From contig JBGQKF010000001.1 of NCBI GenBank assembly GCA_041499435.1, forward strand, positions 1 through 43,690: a stretch of DNA of 43,690 nt, read 5' to 3'. Below, one piece after another: positions 1 to 7,423 of this stretch (positions are counted from its first letter, which is position 1; each line of letters begins with the position of its first letter). Source of the stretch: Gammaproteobacteria bacterium. Its GTDB lineage: Bacteria; Pseudomonadota; Gammaproteobacteria; Burkholderiales; SHXO01. The notes beneath the pieces were generated by a model. It saw only the letters and a list, made by a program, of their open reading frames with translations. It did no database searches and had not been told where the DNA came from. A program made the translations under genes and the position numbers.

Positions 1-353
1 ATAGGCATGCAAATGGTCTAACGGCTCCGATCCTGATCGTTCTTACTCGGTGTCCTGACGATAGAGCTCTTGCTCACCTTCTACTCGCGTAGCATATCGC
101 GTGCCTCCTGTGCACGAAGCGGTAAAACGCAATGGAAAGAACAGAAAATTCGCGATGTGCACGCGGCGGCTGGGGGATTTCAACCAGACTTGGTAACTGC
201 CTTTGTGTATTTGAACCAAGCGGTCTTCACGCGGTCGGTTTGAAGAACGGATCAATGGCTTTCGCCGATCACGAGGGGCGTGCGGCTAACGCTGTGATTT
301 CAAGGAGCAGCCTTCGCTCCAACTAGAGCCCTCACGCATGGCCCCAGTCAGGC

Positions 354-1856
354 ATGGACCCTGCGATAGTCGCCCAGCGTGTGGACACCCCAAGATATAG
401 AATGCTGATGTCGCGAGAGCCCGAGGTCCGAGCGAAATCAGTGCTGGTGCGCCCTATTCAACTTGCCGTCGCGGTGTTTGCACTGACGCTCACGCTCGCG
501 CTTGCGGCACTTGCGCTGTTCACGTGGCTGGACTTCAAGCGCGTCGAGTCGATCCGATCGCACGTGAACCGCACCGAGCTGCTGGAACAAAGCGCATCGC
601 TGTTGAAGGAAGCACAAGCGCTCGCGGCCGCCGGTTCCACACCTCCGAACGCGAAGATTGCGCAGATCTGGGACAAGCTCGCCCAGATCCCGATCCGCGG
701 CGCACCGGTCCGAGAGGTCACTCGAGAGCGCCTCGCACAACTGGACGGCCTGCTGAAACAGGCGCAAACCGATCCGGGCAGCGCCTTACCCACCGCCGGC
801 AAGATCATCGATCAGATGCTCGACCGGGAGACAGCGATTCAATCCGATCTCCTGGATGCGGTCTATGTGCACACGCGCTTCGAGTGGCGCATTTCTCTGA
901 TTGCGCTGGTCGCATTTCCAGGCATGCTCGCGCTAGCCTTGTGGGCATGGCGGCAGCGCATTTTTCGGCCGATCAACAATCTCAGGTACTTTCTTGCACG
1001 CCTGTCCGACGGCGACTTTACCCCGGTGACGGTAGCCGGCATCGATCCTCTGCTGGTGCCGCTGTTCGAGAACTACAACATGATGGTGACGCGGCTCGAG
1101 CAGCTCGAGCAGGCCAACCGCACGCGCACGCTGCTCCTCGAGAAGGAGGTGAGGGCCGCGACCGAGGCGCTGCTGAAGCAGCAGCAGAGTCTGGCGCGCG
1201 CTGAACGGCTGGCCGCCACCGGCGAGTTGTCCGCCATTCTCGCGCACGAGCTGCGCAACCCGATTGCAGGAATCCAGATCACCATAGCGAACCTGCGGCG
1301 CGATATTTCCGATGCATCGCTGGGCGAGCGCATCGACCTCGTGAGCGCGGAGCTGCAGCGCATTACCCGCCTGCTGAACGGACTCTTGCAGCAGTCCGGC
1401 CACGTGCCCGAACCGGCGCGTGCGGTAGCCGTGGATAGCCTGCTGCAAGAGCTTGCTACACTGATTCGCTATCAGCTTCCGCCCCAGATCAAACTGGAGG
1501 TGGACGCGCAGGCAGGACTCGAGTGCCGGCTGCCCGAAGATGGCCTGCGGCAGGCCGTGCTCAATCTGGTCCTGAACTCGGTACAGGCCATGCAGCAGGC
1601 GCCGGGAACCGTGACGATTGAGGCAAACCGCAATGGGCCATCGCTCGTTCTCCACATCACCGATGAAGGGCCGGGATTTCCCGCAGAAGTACTTAACGGG
1701 ATTCGGCCGTTCGTCACTTCGCGAGATTCCGGCACCGGGCTCGGTCTGGCGATCGTGCGGCGCTTCGCGAAGGATCTCGCGGGCGAGCTCAAGCTGCAAA
1801 ACCGCAATCCGCACGGGGCCTGCGTTACGCTTACCGTGCCGTGCATACAGCCATGA
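354..1856 (+). CDS. Two-component sensor histidine kinase (two TM segments, HAMP-like linker, HisKA, HATPase_c)
   Basis: H-box AILAHELRNPIAG, N-box LNLVLNSVQAM, G1 DEGPGF and G2 GTGLGLAIV. Hydrophobic segments flank a ~130 aa periplasmic region. The stop overlaps the downstream regulator start (ATGA). The start is uncertain: ATG 354, or ATG 402/408. Confidence 0.85.
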   Translation: MDPAIVAQRVDTPRYRMLMSREPEVRAKSVLVRPIQLAVAVFALTLTLALAALALFTWLDFKRVESIRSHVNRTELLEQSASLLKEAQALAAAGSTPPNAKIAQIWDKLAQIPIRGAPVREVTRERLAQLDGLLKQAQTDPGSALPTAGKIIDQMLDRETAIQSDLLDAVYVHTRFEWRISLIALVAFPGMLALALWAWRQRIFRPINNLRYFLARLSDGDFTPVTVAGIDPLLVPLFENYNMMVTRLEQLEQANRTRTLLLEKEVRAATEALLKQQQSLARAERLAATGELSAILAHELRNPIAGIQITIANLRRDISDASLGERIDLVSAELQRITRLLNGLLQQSGHVPEPARAVAVDSLLQELATLIRYQLPPQIKLEVDAQAGLECRLPEDGLRQAVLNLVLNSVQAMQQAPGTVTIEANRNGPSLVLHITDEGPGFPAEVLNGIRPFVTSRDSGTGLGLAIVRRFAKDLAGELKLQNRNPHGACVTLTVPCIQP

Positions 1857-3244
1857 CTGAGACGCTGCTTCTGATCGAAGACGAATCGCTGCTCAGCGCG
1901 GAGCTCGTGCGCCACTTTCATCGCGAGGGCTGGGAAGTGCTGGAAGCGGCCAGTTTGCAGCAAGCAAAGCGGCTGTTGGTCGATCAGCGTGTGCAGCCCC
2001 TGGTCGTGGTATCGGACATGAGCCTGCCCGACGGCAACGCGTTGGACCTGCTCGAATCAGTGCGCCCGCACGCGACGGGTGGCGAGTGGGTGTTTCTCAC
2101 CGGCTATGGCGGCGTAGCCGATTCGGTTCGTGCGCTGCGGCTGGGCGCATACGATTTTCTGGAGAAGCCCTGCGAGCTCGCGCGGCTCGATCTGGTGGTG
2201 AGCGGAGCCGCGCGCAGCGCACGTGCTCAGCGCCAGCTGCGCGAGCGCGCAGCGCTGCAGAACCGCCGTTATACGCCGGCCGCATTCCTCGGCAGGAGTG
2301 CAGCAGCTCGGCACGTTCGCGAAATGCTGGACAAGCTGGCGCGTACATCGATCAGCACTTTGCTGCTCACCGGCGAAACCGGCACCGGCAAGGGGCTGGC
2401 GGCGCGAATACTGCATCACACCGGGGCGCGTCGCGAAGGTCCCTTGATCGAAGTGAACTGCGCCGCCCTGCCTCATGACCTGCTCGAGTCCGAGTTGTTC
2501 GGTCACGAGCCCGGGGCGTTCACGGACGCGAAGGCGCGGCGCCGCGGACTGATGGAGCAGGCCAATGGCGGCACCATCTTTCTCGATGAGATCGGTGAGC
2601 TCAGCCTGGGGCTCCAGGCGAAACTGCTGTCCGCCATCGAAGACCGCCGACTGCGCCGACTCGGAGGCAGCACGCAGATCGAGATCGACGTCCAGATCAT
2701 CGCTGCAAGCAATCGCAACTTGTTCGAGCGTGTGCGCGAAGACGCGTTTCGCAGCGATCTCTATCATCGCATCGCGGTGTTCACCCTGGAGCTTCCTCCG
2801 CTGCGAGCGCGCAAGGACGATCTCGACGACCTTGTCCCCCTGTTCATGGAGGAGTACAACGCCAAGGCAGGCAAATCGATCCGCACTGTCCCCGACTCCG
2901 TGTGGTCGATACTGCGCGCATACGATTGGCCCGGAAACGTGCGCGAGCTTCGCAACGCGATCGAGCGCTGCGTTTTGCTGTCGGACACACATACGTTGGC
3001 AGCGGAGTGGCTGCAATTCCCAACAGCTCGGGGTATGGAAACCGCGTCCAGGACTCGCGATCGTCTATCCATCGACCTGCCTCTGGACGGCAGCATGTCT
3101 CTGGAGGACATGGAGAAGCAGATCCTGATCGCTGCGCTGGAAAGATCGAATCACAGCGTGAGCGCTGCAGCGAGGCTGCTTAGCGCCTCACGCGAGACAG
3201 TACGCTATCGCGTGAACAAGTTCGGACTGAAGTTTCGTGAGTGA
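1853..3244 (+). CDS. Sigma-54-dependent response regulator (NtrC family: receiver + AAA+ EBP + Fis-type HTH)
   Basis: Receiver VVVSDMSLPDG, Walker A GETGTGKG, Walker B IFLDEIGEL, sigma-54 contact loop ESELFGHEPGAFTDA, FRSDLYHRI, and a C-terminal HTH (AAARLLSASRETVRYRVNKFGL). I chose ATG 1853 (MTETLLLIEDE), which overlaps the kinase stop as ATGA. Confidence 0.9.
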   Translation: MTETLLLIEDESLLSAELVRHFHREGWEVLEAASLQQAKRLLVDQRVQPLVVVSDMSLPDGNALDLLESVRPHATGGEWVFLTGYGGVADSVRALRLGAYDFLEKPCELARLDLVVSGAARSARAQRQLRERAALQNRRYTPAAFLGRSAAARHVREMLDKLARTSISTLLLTGETGTGKGLAARILHHTGARREGPLIEVNCAALPHDLLESELFGHEPGAFTDAKARRRGLMEQANGGTIFLDEIGELSLGLQAKLLSAIEDRRLRRLGGSTQIEIDVQIIAASNRNLFERVREDAFRSDLYHRIAVFTLELPPLRARKDDLDDLVPLFMEEYNAKAGKSIRTVPDSVWSILRAYDWPGNVRELRNAIERCVLLSDTHTLAAEWLQFPTARGMETASRTRDRLSIDLPLDGSMSLEDMEKQILIAALERSNHSVSAAARLLSASRETVRYRVNKFGLKFRE

Positions 3245-3602
3245 TTCGGGCGTCGACCGGGACCCTCGCGTCTATTTCGCGGCAGAGCGAACGATTCTGG
3301 CGTGGATTCGAACCGCTCTCACGCTGATGGGCTTTGGCTTCGTCGTCGCTCGATTCGGGCTGTTTCTCAGGATGCTCCACCCTGAGGAGTCGGGAGGGCA
3401 TGCCTTTTCGGTTGTGGTTGGCGTTGCCCTGGTATTGCTAGGTGTGCTGACAGTGGCGGCGTCCGCAATCCAGCATCATCGGTTCATCGCCACGCTGGCT
3501 GCGGCGCAGCTGCCCCCACGCGTGTCGATCCGATTCCCCGTCCTCCTCGCATGGGCGCTGTGCCTGATCGGCTTGTTGCTGGCGGCATATCTCTCGATCT
3601 AG
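3237..3602 (+). CDS. DUF202 (YidH-family) small inner-membrane protein
   Basis: ERTILAWIRTALTLMGFG motif and three predicted TM helices. The GTG start overlaps the regulator stop by 8 nt, which suggests translational coupling. Confidence 0.7.
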   Translation: MSDSGVDRDPRVYFAAERTILAWIRTALTLMGFGFVVARFGLFLRMLHPEESGGHAFSVVVGVALVLLGVLTVAASAIQHHRFIATLAAAQLPPRVSIRFPVLLAWALCLIGLLLAAYLSI

Positions 3603-3626
3603 CCAGCGGAGGTCTCAACATCCGCA

Positions 3627-4085
3627 TCACAACGATCGTTCGGACCCCGGCAACGCGATCGGGCCATCGGCGCGCGAGGCCATGAAGAGGCGATGGAGGA
3701 GCGCTCCCGACAGCACAGCCGGCACGAACACCCATGTCTCCCAGGAGGGTGCAGCGAGCAGCGCGATGCCCGGACCGGGGCAATAGCCGCTGATCCCCCA
3801 CCCCACACCGAAGATCAGCGCGCCGAGTATGAGCGGCTGGTCGATGTCTTCTGCAGTGGGCAAACGGAACGTGCCTTCCAGGACCGGCGCCTTGCGGCGC
3901 AGAACGAGGCGGAACGCGATCGCCGTCACCGCCACTGCGCCACCGAGCACCAACAGCAGGCTCGCGTCCCAGTCGCCGGTGACATCCAGGAAACCAAGCA
4001 CTTTGCTTGCATGTGTCATACCGGCGACAGCAAGCCCGAGTCCGAACACGAAGCCCGAAATGGCAACGCTGACGTACTTGTTCAT
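3627..4085 (-). CDS. YeeE/YedE-family (half-size, 4-TM) putative sulfur-compound transport protein, second of a pair
   Basis: MNKYVSVAISGFVFGLGLAVAGM..., with GxxxG-rich TM helices and ISGYCPGPG. ATG 4085 overlaps the upstream gene stop (TGATG). The longer 246 aa ORF extension overlaps the neighbouring gene and I discarded it. Confidence 0.7.
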   Translation of the reverse strand: MNKYVSVAISGFVFGLGLAVAGMTHASKVLGFLDVTGDWDASLLLVLGGAVAVTAIAFRLVLRRKAPVLEGTFRLPTAEDIDQPLILGALIFGVGWGISGYCPGPGIALLAAPSWETWVFVPAVLSGALLHRLFMASRADGPIALPGSERSL

Positions 4086-4540
4086 CAGTACACTCCGAAC
4101 ATGTGACGCACGACAAACGCAGTGACGATACCGGTTACCAGAAAAATGCACGTGGCTGCAAGGGACCGCACTGAGAACCGCCCCAGGCCGCATACGCCGT
4201 GTCCGCTGGTGCATCCGCTTCCAAGCGAGGTGCCGAACCCGACCAGCACGCCGCCAAGTCCGAGCAGCCAACCCGGGAAGCTCAACCGCGGCGCAGGCGC
4301 ATTCCCAAACAGTCTGTAGTAGATGGCGGCGCCTGCCACGAGTCCGCCAAGAAACAACAGACGCCACAGCACATCGCCCTGCTTCAACGCGAGCAGGCCG
4401 CTCGTGATGTTGCTGATGCCGGCGATGCGGCCGTTCAGCAACAGCAGCAGCACCGCTGCGCCGCCGATCAGCAGCCCGCCACCCAGTGCACTCAAGGGAG
4501 TGAAGTTATGCATGGATTTGTCACCGAGGGAAAATGACAT
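4085..4540 (-). CDS. YeeE/YedE-family (half-size, 4-TM) putative sulfur-compound transport protein, first of a pair
   Basis: GGLLIGGAAVLLLLLNGRIAGISNITSG and GSGCTSGHGVCG, the conserved Cys-containing motif of the YeeE/YedE family. Highly hydrophobic. Confidence 0.75.
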   Translation of the reverse strand: MSFSLGDKSMHNFTPLSALGGGLLIGGAAVLLLLLNGRIAGISNITSGLLALKQGDVLWRLLFLGGLVAGAAIYYRLFGNAPAPRLSFPGWLLGLGGVLVGFGTSLGSGCTSGHGVCGLGRFSVRSLAATCIFLVTGIVTAFVVRHMFGVY

Positions 4541-4667
4541 TCTACTATCGCCTCGAGTGAGACAACAGCCTGGCCTCGCCTTCCCGCATTACACGCACTC
4601 GCACCAGGTGCGCGTATGCTCGCTGCAATTCTCCTCGAGAGGCGCCGTTTCAGCAGCGCAGCCGCTG

Positions 4668-5252
4668 TCAGCCCGCCGCCCTGCCGATCCTGGTCGCTTC
4701 CGGGACCTCGATGAGCTTGCCGGTCTTAACGTCGTAGATGTAGCCGTAGATCGGGATCGACTTCGGAACCAGCGGATGATTGCGGATGCGCGCCACGTCA
4801 TCGACCACGCTGCCCGGGAGATCGCTGATGGTATGCCATTTGATGTATTTACCGACGGTGGACCCGGGACCCGTGCCCACGTCGCGCCAGCCTTTCTCGT
4901 CGATGGTGGCGGTCTCGAGACTCTTCTCCAGCAGACCGGAAATTACATCATCCGTGAACAACTCCATGCCGCAATTGGTGTGGTGGATGACGAACCACTC
5001 TTTGGTGCCGAGCAGCTTGTAGGAGATCACCAGCGAGCGGATGGCATCGTCGCTGGCTCGCCCGCCGGCGTTACGAATCACGTGTGCATCGCCTTCGGAG
5101 AGCCCGGCGTACTTGGACGGATGCAGCCGCGCGTCCATGCACGTCAAAATGGCAAACTGTCGGGCGGGCGGCAGCGGCAGCTTGCCTTTGTCGCCAAAGC
5201 TCGCCGCGTACTTCTGGTTGGCGCTCAGCACTTCCTCGAGGACTTTGCTCAT
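4668..5252 (-). CDS. Beta-class carbonic anhydrase-fold enzyme, clade D (Rv1284 / COS-CS2 hydrolase-like)
   Basis: Zinc-ligand motifs CMDARL and HHTNCGM, plus HVIRNAGG. Strong SD (GAGGAG) 6 nt before ATG 5252. Confidence 0.85.
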   Translation of the reverse strand: MSKVLEEVLSANQKYAASFGDKGKLPLPPARQFAILTCMDARLHPSKYAGLSEGDAHVIRNAGGRASDDAIRSLVISYKLLGTKEWFVIHHTNCGMELFTDDVISGLLEKSLETATIDEKGWRDVGTGPGSTVGKYIKWHTISDLPGSVVDDVARIRNHPLVPKSIPIYGYIYDVKTGKLIEVPEATRIGRAAG

Positions 5253-5556
5253 GGGGTCTCCTCACAGATTTTAGTTGGTCCACAGCGCGACCGTTTGGGG
5301 CATCCGTGCAGTATGTCCGAGCCGGCAGCATGGTCGCAACGAACCAATCGCGATAAGCATATGAACATGCACACAACCAACGCAGGAATGGATCACGCGC
5401 GAATCTGTTGCGCAACATTGCGCGTACGTTCGCAGATGGCTTCATGATCTCGGCCGCACATCTACCTTCGGCGAGCTGAGGTGGGTGGTGCAAAGGCCCG
5501 GTCCGGGAGCTGACTCTGACGAGCGCTGCGCGGCGACATGCAGCACATCATGGGAA

Positions 5557-5589
5557 GCTGCGGGTGAACGGCGTGCGTCCACCCGCAGC
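5557..5589 (-). terminator. Stem-loop immediately downstream of the PQQ dehydrogenase gene (possible terminator without a clear U-tract)
   Basis: A 10-bp stem GCTGCGGGTG / CACCCGCAGC with a 13-nt loop begins 15 nt after the stop codon. The trailing sequence is TTCCCATGATG, so the T-run is weak. Confidence 0.4.
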
Positions 5590-5604
5590 GTGCTAACACT
5601 TAGC

Positions 5605-7332
5605 TTACTTGACCGCGAACACCCATACGACACCGCCTTGCGGCACGTCGGGGTCAAAGCCGATGTTCAATGCCGCCAGACCGTCTTGAATGCGCTGTGC
5701 ATCCACGCCCCAGCCGGACTGCACCGCGATGTACTGCGTGCCATCGACTTCGTACGACACCGGCGCTGCCGTGATGCCGGAGTTGGTGACGAACTCCCAC
5801 AACAGCTTGCCGCTCTTCGCATCGAGTATGCGCAGCTTGCGATCATTGGTGCCGCCGACGATGACCAATCCGCCCGCCGTCGTCAGCACGGAACCGAACA
5901 GCTGCGTCTTCGGGAAGTTGTACTGCCACGCCTTCTTGCCGGTGGCCGGATCCCAGGCCTGCAATTCGCCGATATGATCCCAGCCCGAGCGCACGCCAAG
6001 CTTGATGTCCTCGACTTTGGTGCCGAGCCATAGCTGACCGGGAGTGAGCTCGACTTTCTCGCCCTTGAACGATTGCACCAAGTTCTCGTTGGCAGGCACG
6101 TAGAGCAGCTTGGTCTTCTCGTTGTAGGCACCCGAGGGCCAATCCTTTCCGCCCCACAGCGACGGCGCAAACTCGACCTTCTTGCCGATCACCGGCGTGT
6201 ACTGCATATCGCGCGTGAGCTTGCCGGTGTTCTTGTCGATGTTGGTCCATACGTTGGTATAAACGTATTTCCAGCCGTCCACGAACTTGATGCTGTCGGG
6301 ACTGCGCTCCAGCACCCAGAAGATCGCGTCGCGGCCCGGGTGCACCAGCGACTTGATCTTGCGACCGTTCTTCTCCAGGTCGATCAGCACCGGCGGATCG
6401 ATCTCGTCCCAGTCCCACGAGTCGTTCGCGTGGTACTGGAAGTAACTCTTGATTTTGCCGGTCTCGGGATCGAGCGCGACGACCGAGGTGGTGTACAAGT
6501 TGTCGCCGGGATGCGCGTCGCCCGGCCACGGTGCCGCGTTGCCCGTCCCCCAATAGATCAGGTTCAGGTCCGGATCGTAATTACCCGTGATCCAGGCCGA
6601 GCCGCCGCCGCTCTTCCAGTCATCCCCCTGCCACGTTTCCGAGCCGGGCTCGCCCGGACCGGGCACCGTATACGTGCGCCACAGCTGTTTGCCGGTGTTG
6701 GCGTCATACGCCGCGATGTAGCCGCGCACACCGTACTCGCCGCCGGAACCGCCGACGATCACTTTACCGTTGACGACGAGCGGCATCAGCGTGAGGTAGT
6801 GGCCCTTCTTATAGTCCTCTACCGTCGCATCCCACACCTGCTTGCCGGTCTTCGCATCGATCGCCACGAGGTGCGCGTCCACCGTGGCAAGGAACAGCTT
6901 GTCCTGCCACAGACCTGCGCCGCGATTGGTGGGGTGCAGCTGGAATAAGTCTTCGGGTAATTGCTTCTTATAGCGCCAGATCAGCTCGCCGGTCTTGGCG
7001 TTCATCGCCAGTACCTGGTTTTGCGGCGTCGTTACGAATGCGACGCCGTTGTTTACGATCAGCGGGGCCTGATGGCCTTCGCCCACTCCAGTGGAAAACG
7101 TCCACACTGGCGTGAGCCGCGACACATTACCGGTGTTGATCTTGTCCAGCGGACTGTAGGCATGGCCGTCATAGGTGCGGCGGTACAGCAACCAGTTGCC
7201 GGGCTCGGGATTATTGAGTCGTTGCTGCGTGACTGGGCTGTAGTTCGCGATCTCGCCAGCCAGTGCCGCGGCGGACGACATCGCAGCGGCCAGGGTCAGC
7301 ACGCCGACTAATGTACTGCTGCGTTTGTTCAC
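5605..7332 (-). CDS. Periplasmic PQQ-dependent dehydrogenase, methanol/ethanol (MxaF/XoxF/ExaA) family, atypical
   Basis: Family motifs GGSGGEYGVRGY, DPDLNLIYWGTGNAAPW and NDSWDWDE, with repeated W-containing propeller blades. Signal peptide NKRSSTLVGVLTLAAAMSSAAALA. I chose the GTG at 7332 because GGAGGAG lies 5 nt upstream; ATG 7365 is the alternative. Confidence 0.85.
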   Translation of the reverse strand: MNKRSSTLVGVLTLAAAMSSAAALAGEIANYSPVTQQRLNNPEPGNWLLYRRTYDGHAYSPLDKINTGNVSRLTPVWTFSTGVGEGHQAPLIVNNGVAFVTTPQNQVLAMNAKTGELIWRYKKQLPEDLFQLHPTNRGAGLWQDKLFLATVDAHLVAIDAKTGKQVWDATVEDYKKGHYLTLMPLVVNGKVIVGGSGGEYGVRGYIAAYDANTGKQLWRTYTVPGPGEPGSETWQGDDWKSGGGSAWITGNYDPDLNLIYWGTGNAAPWPGDAHPGDNLYTTSVVALDPETGKIKSYFQYHANDSWDWDEIDPPVLIDLEKNGRKIKSLVHPGRDAIFWVLERSPDSIKFVDGWKYVYTNVWTNIDKNTGKLTRDMQYTPVIGKKVEFAPSLWGGKDWPSGAYNEKTKLLYVPANENLVQSFKGEKVELTPGQLWLGTKVEDIKLGVRSGWDHIGELQAWDPATGKKAWQYNFPKTQLFGSVLTTAGGLVIVGGTNDRKLRILDAKSGKLLWEFVTNSGITAAPVSYEVDGTQYIAVQSGWGVDAQRIQDGLAALNIGFDPDVPQGGVVWVFAVK

Positions 7333-7423
7333 GTTATCTCCTCCAGTTACAACGCCAGGAAACATCTGGCTCGTGAGGATCCATCGTCGGCCCACCCCGC
7401 CATTGCTGCGGCGGTGCGGCGCT

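Noticed and set aside
1-353. A possible structured ncRNA (SRP RNA, 6S, tmRNA-like) in the left-edge non-coding region. AAGGAGCAGCC superficially recalls the 4.5S RNA domain IV.
   Set aside because: The conserved GGAA tetraloop context and the flanking helices of SRP RNA are absent. I could not draw any convincing global fold by eye.
4541-4576. AGGCCAGGCTGTTGTCT on the minus strand upstream of the first YeeE/YedE gene, considered as a possible sigma-54 promoter. TGGCCCCAGTCAGGCA at 338-353 was considered likewise.
   Set aside because: The first has the conserved -12 GC replaced by GT and would leave almost no 5' UTR. The second has a poor -12 region (AGGCA) and abuts the annotated ATG. Both are too weak to call without a matrix score.
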